The notes beneath the pieces are model-generated. The model did not search any database. It was not told the DNA's origin and saw nothing but the letters and a program-made list of their open reading frames with translations. Both the position numbers and the translations under genes were made by a program. From Breznakia blatticola (GTDB taxonomy: Bacteria; Bacillota_I; Bacilli_A; Erysipelotrichales; Erysipelotrichaceae), in NCBI RefSeq assembly GCF_004365815.1, contig NZ_SODD01000010.1, positions 1 through 32,000 on the forward strand: DNA of 32,000 nt. The letters are read 5' to 3'. Below are positions 1-7,985 of the stretch, piece after piece (within the stretch, counting starts at the first letter, position 1; every line of letters begins with the position of its first letter).

Positions 1-114
1 CTAAATATCATGAAATTTGACAAATTTGCATTAAAAAAAGCCCATAAATAAATGAGCTGTGTAATTTACTAGATAATTGACCTGTCAAACTCCCGTTTAT
101 TATTAGTGAAAGAA

Positions 115-148
115 GATTTGGGATTTTAAATCCAAATCCTCTTTTTTT
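115..148 (+). terminator. Rho-independent terminator ending an upstream + strand transcript
   Basis: Hairpin GATTTGGGAT / ATCCAAATC (115-138, one bulged G), followed by CTCTTTTTTT. Confidence 0.6.
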
Positions 149-168
149 AAGAAATAAGGTGTGTTTTT

Positions 169-177
169 TGCTATAAT
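169..177 (+). promoter_or_regulatory. Extended -10 promoter (TGCTATAAT) for cysE
   Basis: Exact TGnTATAAT nonamer about 50 nt upstream of the cysE ATG. The same nonamer recurs at four other intergenic sites in this window. No good -35. Confidence 0.5.
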
Positions 178-225
178 ATATCTATGTCTTATGGCATAAT
201 AGTTTAAGTATAGTCAGGAGAAAAT

Positions 226-747
226 ATGTTTGAAGGAATAAGAGCACAAATTCGACATACAAAAGAAGCCGATCCAGCTGCACGTAGTGCATTTGAAATC
301 ATTGTTTTATATCCACATATGAAAGCATTGTTTTTCTATCGAATCGCGCATTTCTTTTATAAAATACATTTGTATTTTCTAGCAAGACTTACATCTAATA
401 TTGCTCGTTGGTGGGTAGGAATTGAAATCCATCCAGGAGCGACAATTGGAAAAGGATTGCTTATTGATCATGGAATGGGAGTTGTCATTGGGGAAACGGC
501 CGTAGTAGGAGACTACTGCACCATCTATCATCAAGTAACACTTGGGGGAACTGGAAAAGAACACTGCAAACGTCATCCAACACTTGAAGACCACGTCATG
601 GTTGGAGCAGGAGCTAAAGTTCTTGGAAATATCACTATCGGAAGTCATGCAAAAGTTGGTTCAAACGCCGTAGTTACAAAGGACGTTGCACCATATACAA
701 GCGTTGTTGGAATACCAGCAAAAGAAGTGAAAAAGAGGGAAGCGTAA
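226..747 (+). CDS. cysE: Serine O-acetyltransferase
   Basis: 173 aa with a left-handed beta-helix hexapeptide region (GIEIHPGATIGKGLLIDHGMGVVIGETAVVGD...TLGGTGKE...HPTLEDHVMVGAGAKVLGNITIG). SD AGGAG lies 6 nt upstream of the ATG. Confidence 0.9.
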   Translation: MFEGIRAQIRHTKEADPAARSAFEIIVLYPHMKALFFYRIAHFFYKIHLYFLARLTSNIARWWVGIEIHPGATIGKGLLIDHGMGVVIGETAVVGDYCTIYHQVTLGGTGKEHCKRHPTLEDHVMVGAGAKVLGNITIGSHAKVGSNAVVTKDVAPYTSVVGIPAKEVKKREA

Positions 748-2361
748 ATGAAAGATATCGTATACATCACAGGTCATAAAAATCCAGACAGTGACTCTAT
801 TTGTGCGGCGATTGCGTATGCTGATTTAAAAAATCAATGTGGCATACAAGCAAGAGCGACAAGATTAGGTAAGATTAATAACGAAACAAAATTCATACTT
901 GAGAAGTTTCAACTTGATGAACCTGATTTAATGATTAGTGCAAAAGCAGCATTGCGAGATATTGATTTAGATTGTGCTGTACGTGTTGATTTACATACAA
1001 CACTACGTCGCGCATGGGACTTGTGTTTGGAATACAACACGCATACGGTATATGTTGTTGATGAAAACAATCAAATGTTAGGATTGACTACATTATCGGA
1101 TATATCGAAAATTCAAATGCAAGATTTGAATATTACAAAAGATTTACTAAAAGAAACACCATTAGAAAACCTTGTCCAATCACTGAAGGGTGACTTTATT
1201 TATAAAGGAACACTTGAACGTAGTGGGTTTGTTCGTATCGCTGATAAGAAATTAATGGAACGTGATATCACTGGAAACATTATGGTATTAAGCGATAATG
1301 AAGATATTATGATGACATGTATGGAAAAAGGATGTGCGGTTATCGCAATTGCAGAAAGCTACATTCCAACAGATAAAATTATCAATAAAGCAATGGAATT
1401 AGGTGTTACCTTAATTCGTACACAGTACAACATCATGAAAATCTTACAAATGATTTATCGTGCGATTCCAGTGGGAATGATTATGACACCTGCAGATGCA
1501 ATTCAGAAATTCAATGGAAATGAGTACGTTGAAGATGTCGCAAGAATGATGCTTCAAAAGCGTTATCGTAATTATCCAGTATTCATGAATGGAGTGCTTG
1601 TTGGCAGTATGGGACGTTACCACGTGCTTAAATACAATCGTAAGAAATTGATTCTTGTGGATCACAACGAACGCAGTCAAAGTATTGATGATATTGAATA
1701 CGGGAATATTTTGGAGATTGTAGATCACCATAGAATTGGGGATATTGAAACAAGTCAACCAATTAGTTTCCGTGCGCAAACAGTAGGTAGTACATGTACG
1801 ATTGTTGCGCAAATGTATAAAGAAAAGGGAAAACAACCATCAAAAGCAATTGCTGGAGCCCTATTATGTGCAATCATTTCAGACACGATGAATTTCAATT
1901 CACCAACTTGTACACAAACAGATATTGATATTGCAAATGAACTTGCAACTTTGCATGAAATTGATTTGCCTGAACTAGCAACATCTATGTTTAAAGCAAG
2001 TGCAAATATTGATGATAAAAGTAATCGTGATATATTGTATACAGATTTTAAAGAATATGATCTTGCTGGTAAGCAAATTGCAATCGGACAAGCGTATATC
2101 TATGATATGTCTACATTAAGTACGGTTGAAGAAGACTTCCAAAAATTCTTAGACCAAGAAAATGAAATCTTAAAATATGATTTATTGATGATGGCATTTT
2201 CAAATGTCGAAGGTAAGGGAAGTAAATTCATGTATACTGGAAAGCTTAGTAATGCGATTGATACTGCCTTTATGATTGGTCATGAAGAAGGCGGATACAT
2301 GGAAGGTTTAGTTTCACGTAAGAAGCAAATCGTACCTAAAATTGCTCAATTATTAAAATAA
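748..2361 (+). CDS. ppaC: CBS-domain-containing family II (Mn-dependent, DHH/DHHA2) inorganic pyrophosphatase
   Basis: 537 aa. N-terminal DHH motifs (ITGHKNPDSDSICAAIAYA), an inserted regulatory region of about 250 aa, then LVDHNE and VDHHRIGD motifs and a DHHA2-like C-terminus. The start abuts the cysE stop (TAAATG). Confidence 0.85.
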   Translation: MKDIVYITGHKNPDSDSICAAIAYADLKNQCGIQARATRLGKINNETKFILEKFQLDEPDLMISAKAALRDIDLDCAVRVDLHTTLRRAWDLCLEYNTHTVYVVDENNQMLGLTTLSDISKIQMQDLNITKDLLKETPLENLVQSLKGDFIYKGTLERSGFVRIADKKLMERDITGNIMVLSDNEDIMMTCMEKGCAVIAIAESYIPTDKIINKAMELGVTLIRTQYNIMKILQMIYRAIPVGMIMTPADAIQKFNGNEYVEDVARMMLQKRYRNYPVFMNGVLVGSMGRYHVLKYNRKKLILVDHNERSQSIDDIEYGNILEIVDHHRIGDIETSQPISFRAQTVGSTCTIVAQMYKEKGKQPSKAIAGALLCAIISDTMNFNSPTCTQTDIDIANELATLHEIDLPELATSMFKASANIDDKSNRDILYTDFKEYDLAGKQIAIGQAYIYDMSTLSTVEEDFQKFLDQENEILKYDLLMMAFSNVEGKGSKFMYTGKLSNAIDTAFMIGHEEGGYMEGLVSRKKQIVPKIAQLLK

Positions 2362-2383
2362 ACTGCAAATTGCAGTTTTTTTT
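2362..2383 (+). terminator. Rho-independent terminator after the pyrophosphatase gene
   Basis: Palindrome ACTGCAA-A-TTGCAGT followed by a run of 8 T. Confidence 0.7.
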
Positions 2384-2391
2384 GATACAAT
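2383..2391 (+). promoter_or_regulatory. Extended -10 promoter (TGATACAAT)
   Basis: TGnTACAAT sits immediately after the terminator and about 25 nt upstream of the small-ORF ATG. Confidence 0.4.
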
Positions 2392-2415
2392 TTACATAAC
2401 GAAGGAGGTGGTTTC

Positions 2416-2490
2416 ATGAAATATACGATGAAAAATAAGAGAACCTGTTTTTATGAAGTCCACATCCAAATCAACATAAAATCAGTGTAA
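2416..2490 (+). CDS. 24-codon small ORF / possible leader peptide (MKYTMKNKRTCFYEVHIQINIKSV)
   Basis: GAAGGAGGTG at 2401-2410, 5 nt before the ATG, is the strongest SD in the window. The ORF ends in TAA 24 nt before the next ATG and is in the same frame as it. No homology recognised. Confidence 0.35.
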   Translation: MKYTMKNKRTCFYEVHIQINIKSV

Positions 2491-2514
2491 CACTCAAGTG
2501 GGCGGAAAGGTCAA

Positions 2515-3381
2515 ATGAGAATTAAACACATTGAAACAAAACAAGAAATTGAACAAGTAACACATATGAAAGCAAGTAGTGATGATCAAAATCAGTTTTT
2601 AGTAGAACAACTAGAAAATCATACGATTGATTTGAATCAAGTTATGATTGCTGTGTTACATAATAAGGTAGTAGCTCGTGCATTATGTATGAAACATGGA
2701 ATGTATCTTTTGACATTTGAAGATGAAATACAATATGATGATGCTATATATTTCTTACAAGCATGTATAAGCAAAGTAGAACAAAAAGAAATTGAGTTGC
2801 ATTTATATAGTGATAAGCAAAATTATCAATTTACTTTTGATGCATTAATTTCTGCTGGGTTTAATGTACAACAAGAAAAGTACAGTTACACGTTGCATCC
2901 AACAATCAATTCACATACTCTTTTAGCGTATCCATGTTCCAATCACAATAAGCAAACATGGGTAGATATGTTTATTCGTGTAGGTAGCAATCATCTTGAT
3001 GCAAGTATGCAAAGAGACATGGATCGATATGGTATAAAACGTGCAAGTGAAATACTTTATGAAGTGTTGCTAGTAAATCAACCAGATGAAGCTGCATGGC
3101 TTTGTGCGCAAGTGGATGGACACTGTGTTGGATTTGTAATTGTTAGTCAACTGACACGTACACAAGCTGGAATATCTTATATTGGTGTCTTCCCAGAATA
3201 TCGTGGAAAGCATTATGCAACCATGCTTTTACTTATAGCATCAAATTACTGCGTAGAACATGGATATGACTTACTAATTGCTGATACAGATATTCATAAT
3301 ATTCCTATGCAACATGCTTTAAAGTATGCAAATTTCACATATAGTTGTAAAGAAGTTGTACTTGTCTACAATGAAGATTAA
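2515..3381 (+). CDS. GNAT-family N-acetyltransferase (two-lobed, C-terminal GNAT core)
   Basis: 288 aa. The C-terminal region has an acetyl-CoA-binding style motif (GFVIVSQL...ISYIGVFPEYRGKHYATMLL). The specific substrate is not inferable. Confidence 0.7.
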   Translation: MRIKHIETKQEIEQVTHMKASSDDQNQFLVEQLENHTIDLNQVMIAVLHNKVVARALCMKHGMYLLTFEDEIQYDDAIYFLQACISKVEQKEIELHLYSDKQNYQFTFDALISAGFNVQQEKYSYTLHPTINSHTLLAYPCSNHNKQTWVDMFIRVGSNHLDASMQRDMDRYGIKRASEILYEVLLVNQPDEAAWLCAQVDGHCVGFVIVSQLTRTQAGISYIGVFPEYRGKHYATMLLLIASNYCVEHGYDLLIADTDIHNIPMQHALKYANFTYSCKEVVLVYNED

Positions 3382-3394
3382 CTTACAAAATAAA

Positions 3395-3421
3395 GAACCC
3401 GTATTACGTCATTACGGGTTC
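3395..3421. terminator. Bidirectional terminator between convergent genes
   Basis: GAACCCGTA (3395-3403) pairs with TACGGGTTC (3413-3421), with an A-run upstream and a T-run downstream. It overlaps the last codons of the minus-strand gene. Confidence 0.7.
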
Positions 3422-5197
3422 TTTTACAATGCCTACTTTTTTGAGTAAAAACTGTGCATTGGTGCTTTTTGAAATGCCTGGTTTTATAGTGTAATCAAAG
3501 GACATCGTATCCTTTGTGTATGTTTCATTGAAACTATAGTTGATGATGCGAGGATAGTGCTTTTCATAACTGCAAACCTCTAAATCATGTGTACTAATAA
3601 ATCCAATAACACCATCTTGATTTAGTTGTTTCAATACAGCTTTTGCCCCATATAAGCGATCTACACTGTTTGTGCCCTTAAATATTTCATCAATAAAGAA
3701 ACATGTATTCGCTTCTTTACTACTTGCATCAATAATCATTTTAATTCGTTGTAATTCTGCATAGAAGGTTGAGACACCTGCATTTAAATCATCGCGTATC
3801 CGCATGGAAGTAAGTATTTGGACAAGTGGGCAGTTCATGTGATCAGCTACTACATAGCTACCTGCTTTTGCTAGAACCATATTAATCCCAACAGTACGTA
3901 AAAAGGTTGTCTTACCAGACATGTTGGATCCTGAAATAATCATAATTTCATCATCTAAATGAAAATCGTTTGACACACGTTTCTTATTAAGAATTAGTGG
4001 GTGACCGATTTGTGTAGCATGCATTTTCTTGCTGTTTATTTCTATTGTTGGCAGACAAGCGTGATCAACATTTCGTTTAATATTCGCAAAACTTACATAG
4101 GTTTCATAAGTTGCTACTGCATCAAAGCATAAAGCCATCTGCTTACTGTTTAATTGCTTCCACTTAGCTAAATCATGTGCATTCTTAATATCCCAGAGCC
4201 AGAATAAATTGAGAATAAAACTCGCCAGAGCATTTTGTGTTTGGTTAATGTTGCTTGCAATGTTAGCTAGTTTACTAACTATCTCTTTTGATTTGATAAA
4301 CTGTGTATGAATGTTTTGTAGATTCTTGCTTTTCACACTTGTACCAAGAATTGCATCTATTACAGGAACATATGCTTCTATAGAGTTACTAACTTCCTTT
4401 ACGACATGTACATAGGATTCAGCTTTCTTATGTAGAACAAACCAGATACCTAGTTGAAGTGTTAATAGTAAGGCGCTTAACAAAATCAAATAATTAATTT
4501 CAGTGAATGCAGCAATAAGGCATACGATAATTGTTGTTACACATAAGATGCGTAAGAGACTATAGGTTTTCTTTTTTTTGAAAAACGGCTCTTGTTGTTG
4601 CAGTTGGTTAGTAAGTTGTCTAAATACTTTGCTATTTTGAATACTTGAACAGGCATATTCAACCGTAGAAGTGTACTGATACATATCAGAGATTTCTGCA
4701 ATTGCTTGTTGGCGCAATTTGATTGCATCTTTGTCATAGTTTGCATCTAGTAAATCATGTGCAAGTTGTTTACGACCAAAATAGCTATGCGTACTATTGC
4801 AATACTGAAATAAACTTGAATCACCGACGATATCTAAGTCCATTGCATATGGATGCTCATAATCAACAAACTCTGCTCCAGTATCGATAAATTGATTCCA
4901 TGAACCGTCTAATCGTTGTAGATTTGCTTCATGAATTGCGATTAAACCTTTGTTTTTTCGTTCTCTAATTTTATATTGTTCTTGTTTTTTACTTCCATAT
5001 AGAAATAGGATAAGCCAAACAAGAGCTATTAAAGTTGTTGGCAAAAGGGTAATTCCTTGTGAATAACCGATAAAGTATGTTATTGGAATCGCAAAGAATG
5101 TAAGTACTTTAAGTGTACCTAATAGTATAATTGGGCGATTACAAGCCACTAGATCTTCTTTGCAAATCGCGATTTCTTTTGTATATGTATGTTTCAT
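3404..5197 (-). CDS. MutS-family paralogue: membrane-anchored, MutS core-like segment plus domain V ABC ATPase; no mismatch-binding or Smr domain
   Basis: 597 aa. Walker A GSNMSGKTTFLRTVG (nt 3908-3931 for GSNMSGKT), Walker B FFIDEIFKGTN, and STHD. MutS core-like motif SLFQYCNSTHSYFGRKQLAHDLL. Two pairs of hydrophobic helices at about residues 25-68 and 212-256. Confidence 0.8.
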   Translation of the reverse strand: MKHTYTKEIAICKEDLVACNRPIILLGTLKVLTFFAIPITYFIGYSQGITLLPTTLIALVWLILFLYGSKKQEQYKIRERKNKGLIAIHEANLQRLDGSWNQFIDTGAEFVDYEHPYAMDLDIVGDSSLFQYCNSTHSYFGRKQLAHDLLDANYDKDAIKLRQQAIAEISDMYQYTSTVEYACSSIQNSKVFRQLTNQLQQQEPFFKKKKTYSLLRILCVTTIIVCLIAAFTEINYLILLSALLLTLQLGIWFVLHKKAESYVHVVKEVSNSIEAYVPVIDAILGTSVKSKNLQNIHTQFIKSKEIVSKLANIASNINQTQNALASFILNLFWLWDIKNAHDLAKWKQLNSKQMALCFDAVATYETYVSFANIKRNVDHACLPTIEINSKKMHATQIGHPLILNKKRVSNDFHLDDEIMIISGSNMSGKTTFLRTVGINMVLAKAGSYVVADHMNCPLVQILTSMRIRDDLNAGVSTFYAELQRIKMIIDASSKEANTCFFIDEIFKGTNSVDRLYGAKAVLKQLNQDGVIGFISTHDLEVCSYEKHYPRIINYSFNETYTKDTMSFDYTIKPGISKSTNAQFLLKKVGIVKEPVMT

Positions 5198-5204
5198 AGA
5201 TTTT

Positions 5205-5213
5205 ATTATAGCA
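5205..5213 (-). promoter_or_regulatory. Extended -10 promoter (TGCTATAAT on minus strand), 7 nt upstream of the MutS-paralogue ATG
   Basis: The minus strand reads TGCTATAAT-AAAATCT-ATG. There is no SD between the box and the start. Confidence 0.45.
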
Positions 5214-5219
5214 CGTAAT

Positions 5220-5245
5220 AAAAAGAGTATGTAGAATTTCTACAT
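5220..5245 (-). terminator. Weak terminator or attenuator hairpin after rqcH
   Basis: The minus strand reads ATGTAG-AAATT-CTACAT followed by ACTCTTTTTAT. The stem is short and the T-run is not immediate. Confidence 0.35.
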
Positions 5246-5246
5246 G

Positions 5247-6899
5247 CTAGACTTCATATGTTGCTAGAATTTCTTCAATAGCTTCTTTTTCTGGGTCGAT
5301 ATATATCGTTTTATAATTTGTTAGTGTCACAAATCCCATCGCAGCTTTATTTGGACGTTTTAATTGTCGCACAAGACAGTAATTTACTGGTACACTGCTT
5401 GATTGCTTTGCTTGAGAGTAATAGGCAGCAAGCATCGCCGCTGTACGAATAATTGACTCACTCAAATCATTTCCACTGACTACAACATGACTTCCGTGCA
5501 TATCTTTAACATGGAACCACGTATCATCACGTCGTGCTTGTTCGAATGTGATGTAATCATTTTGTATGTTGTTTTTCCCAACATAAATATGCGTTCCATC
5601 AATATGTAGTGTTAAAAAGTTTGGTTTGGCCTGTTTTTTCTTTTTGCGGATTTTATAGTGAATTTGCTTTGTAAAACCTAGATTTGCTAGTTCTTCTTTA
5701 ATTTCTAATGCATCTTGTACACGTATGTCTTGTAGTTGTACTTCAAGATTTTCAAAGTAGCGAATCATAGTTTGTGTTTTATCAATCTGTTTAGCTACTT
5801 CCACAAGTGCAGTTTTACTTTTATTGTACTTTTGGTAGTATTTCTTTGCATTTTGTTTTACTGAAATTTTTGCATCCAATGGAATATCGATAAGCGTTTC
5901 ATCTTCAAAAGAGGGGAGTTGAATTTGTTGTAGATGTTTTTCGTAGTTTTCAGGATATGCATATAGCAAGTCTCCATACATACGATAAGTATCTAATTCT
6001 TCAGCAGCTTTGATTGTTTTTTCAAGTTTATCAAGTTTACGAACATTTTTCTTCAATTCTTGTTTTACTAAGCGTTCAATATCTCCAGACTGTTGTTTAA
6101 TACGAACTTTTTCTTCCTTTTGATAATACATTTCATCCATCGCATCCATGATTGGGTATACATGAAATGGTGCATCTAGGTGTTTAAGTTCAATCAGGTG
6201 GTAGTAGGTATCTTTACCTTTTTCATGCACATATAGAGTATTTCCATTTGCAATCTCTTTCATTATATCCACAAAACTTTCTCCTGCATTGGTGCGATAT
6301 AAAACTTCATCACTTAATAGAGGAGAAAACCCATGGAATTGTTTTACAAGAGACTGGTCACGATCAAATGTTGTCGCAACAAAGGGATCTATTTTTCCTT
6401 CATGAGGTCTTACTGGTGTATACATTGCTCCAGGGTGAATGGTTCTTGCGTTATTTTCAAATGCTGGAATGCGTTTTAAAGCATCAATGATTTTATCTTT
6501 CTCATTTACTAAAATCATATTTGCATATTTACCCATAAGTTCGATATAAAGTTTATATTCTTTGTAGTCACCTAAGTCATCTTTTACCTCGATGGTAAAA
6601 CAAATGACACGATCTAGTCCTGCTTGTTCAATGCTTTTTACAATACTACGATCAATATATTTACGTAGGACCATCACAAAATTATTTGGACTTTCCATTG
6701 TTTGGTAATCGCGATTTGTAATATGGATTCGATTGTATGCACTATGACAAGAAATCATCAATTTATGATTGGTTCTTTCACTGCGTAAGTTGATTAAAAT
6801 CTCATCATTTGAAATTTGTTGGATTTTATTTACTTTAGCAGGTGTAAGTGTTTGTAGCTTATGTAATATTCTATGTAAGACTAATCCATCTAATGCCAT
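5247..6899 (-). CDS. rqcH: Ribosome quality control protein RqcH (NFACT / FbpA family)
   Basis: 550 aa. NFACT-N style N-terminus (MALDGLVLHRILHKL...KVNKIQQ), a central coiled coil, and a C-terminal NFACT-R-like region (WFHVKDMHGSHVVV). SD GGAGGG. Lies next to gmk, as in Bacillus. Confidence 0.85.
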   Translation of the reverse strand: MALDGLVLHRILHKLQTLTPAKVNKIQQISNDEILINLRSERTNHKLMISCHSAYNRIHITNRDYQTMESPNNFVMVLRKYIDRSIVKSIEQAGLDRVICFTIEVKDDLGDYKEYKLYIELMGKYANMILVNEKDKIIDALKRIPAFENNARTIHPGAMYTPVRPHEGKIDPFVATTFDRDQSLVKQFHGFSPLLSDEVLYRTNAGESFVDIMKEIANGNTLYVHEKGKDTYYHLIELKHLDAPFHVYPIMDAMDEMYYQKEEKVRIKQQSGDIERLVKQELKKNVRKLDKLEKTIKAAEELDTYRMYGDLLYAYPENYEKHLQQIQLPSFEDETLIDIPLDAKISVKQNAKKYYQKYNKSKTALVEVAKQIDKTQTMIRYFENLEVQLQDIRVQDALEIKEELANLGFTKQIHYKIRKKKKQAKPNFLTLHIDGTHIYVGKNNIQNDYITFEQARRDDTWFHVKDMHGSHVVVSGNDLSESIIRTAAMLAAYYSQAKQSSSVPVNYCLVRQLKRPNKAAMGFVTLTNYKTIYIDPEKEAIEEILATYEV

Positions 6900-6972
6900 A
6901 TATAATGCCCTCCATTGACTAATTATTCATGCTTTTGCGATTAAGAATCAGCAAAGTTTTCAAACTCTAGTT

Positions 6973-6981
6973 ATTATAGCA
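6973..6981 (-). promoter_or_regulatory. Extended -10 promoter (TGCTATAAT on minus strand) for rqcH
   Basis: Exact nonamer on the minus strand, about 70 nt upstream of the rqcH ATG. Confidence 0.45.
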
Positions 6982-7001
6982 TAATCTATATAAGTTTCTT
7001 A

Positions 7002-7029
7002 TTCACAAGTACGATAAAAATGCTATAAT
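7002..7029 (+). promoter_or_regulatory. Promoter for gmk (TTCACA-16-TGCTATAAT)
   Basis: -35-like TTCACA at 7002-7007 and extended -10 TGCTATAAT at 7021-7029. The ORF-track ATG at 7028 lies inside the -10 box, so it is not the real start. Confidence 0.5.
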
Positions 7030-7054
7030 GATAACAATATCGTGGGAGAGTAAT

Positions 7055-7639
7055 ATGAAAAAAGGTTTGTTGATTATACTAAGTGGCCCAAGTGGTGTCG
7101 GAAAAGGTACAGTACGTAAGTACTTTATGCAAGATTCAGAACTTAATTTAGCATACTCGTTGTCAATGACAACAAGAAAACCTAGAGCCGGTGAGCAAGA
7201 CGGAGTGGATTATCTTTTTGTTGAGAAAGAAGACTTCGAAAAAGCAATTGAACATGGGGAATTGCTCGAATGGGCAGAGTTTGTAGGAAACTATTATGGG
7301 ACACCGATGTCTCAAGTAGAAAAACTTCGTAACGAAGGGAAAAATGTACTGCTTGAAATTGAAGTACAAGGAGCAAAACAAGTTGCAGATAAAGTTCCTG
7401 ATGCGATTAGTATCTTTATGATTCCACCAACGATGGAAGAACTTGCAAAACGTATTCGTGGACGCAAAAGTGAAGCGGAAGAAGTTGTACAAGAACGTTT
7501 AGCAAAAGCAGAGAAGGAAATGGAACTTATCAAAGACTATAAATATGTAGTTTGTAATGATGATCCTGAACTAGCTGCACAGTATATTGGCTTAATTGTA
7601 AAACGACACATGAATGATAACGAAACTTTAGCTCAGTAA
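7055..7639 (+). CDS. gmk: Guanylate kinase
   Basis: P-loop LSGPSGVGKGT with a typical Gmk body (TTRKPRAGEQDGVDYLFV, EWAEFVGNYYGT). Start moved to 7055 (MKKGLLIIL), which has SD GGGAGAG. Confidence 0.92.
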   Translation: MKKGLLIILSGPSGVGKGTVRKYFMQDSELNLAYSLSMTTRKPRAGEQDGVDYLFVEKEDFEKAIEHGELLEWAEFVGNYYGTPMSQVEKLRNEGKNVLLEIEVQGAKQVADKVPDAISIFMIPPTMEELAKRIRGRKSEAEEVVQERLAKAEKEMELIKDYKYVVCNDDPELAAQYIGLIVKRHMNDNETLAQ

Positions 7640-7649
7640 AACAAATGTG

Positions 7650-7678
7650 TTGTAATATACGCATGAAATTTGTATAAT
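7650..7678 (+). promoter_or_regulatory. Promoter TTGTAA-17-TATAAT
   Basis: Hexamers at 7650-7655 and 7673-7678 with a 17 nt spacer, upstream of the yneF-like gene. Confidence 0.5.
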
Positions 7679-7703
7679 GATATAGTATGTAGGAGGCAAA
7701 ACT

Positions 7704-7919
7704 ATGAACTTTTGGTATTCAATTGGAAGTTTAATCGCAGGTTTACTTATTGGAGGATTCTTAGGTTTTTATTTAACAAAACGTAAATTCGAAAAAGAAT
7801 TAAAAGAAAATCCACCAATTAATGAAAAAATGATCCGTGCCATGTTCCTTCAAATGGGTAGAAAACCATCTGAAGCACAAATTAAACAGATTATGAAATC
7901 TGTAAATGCGAATCGTTAG
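7704..7919 (+). CDS. yneF: UPF0154 (YneF-like) small membrane protein
   Basis: 71 aa. One N-terminal TM helix, then the conserved NPPINEKMIRAMFLQMGRKPSEAQIKQIM segment typical of Bacillus YneF. SD AGGAGG. Confidence 0.8.
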   Translation: MNFWYSIGSLIAGLLIGGFLGFYLTKRKFEKELKENPPINEKMIRAMFLQMGRKPSEAQIKQIMKSVNANR

Positions 7920-7947
7920 GATTTACATTACACTTCATATTAAAAAC

Positions 7948-7983
7948 GAGGAATCCAATAACGTGATTCCTCTTTCTTTTTTT
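7948..7983 (+). terminator. Rho-independent terminator
   Basis: GAGGAATC (7948-7955) pairs with GATTCCTC (7965-7972), followed by TTTCTTTTTTT. Confidence 0.75.
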
Positions 7984-7985
7984 AT

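Noticed and set aside
1-225. A Cys T-box or other riboswitch upstream of cysE, and a possible partial CDS at 1-51.
   Set aside because: There is no T-box core (no GGTACCGCG-like element) and no specifier structure. The hairpin at 115-148 looks like the terminator of an upstream gene and is followed by a separate promoter. The 16 open codons at 1-51 (…MKFDKFALKKAHK*) could be a gene end, but the stretch is too short to support a call.
379-648. Antisense or nested ORFs inside well-supported genes: 379-648, 1444-1836, 4537-4746, 6248-6490, 7163-7533, 8215-8455, 9147-9425, 9867-10142, 10307-10510, 10770-11081, 13891-14239, 15820-16035, 16560-17177, 18473-19237, 20500-20724, 22389-22649, 22975-23160, 23533-24438, 25092-25750, 26499-26696, 28238-28420, 29082-29291, 29721-29912 and 31146-31394.
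   Set aside because: These are shadow ORFs of conserved genes. They have low-complexity or Cys/Phe/Ser-rich composition, no SDs and no recognisable motifs. I see no evidence for overlapping genes.
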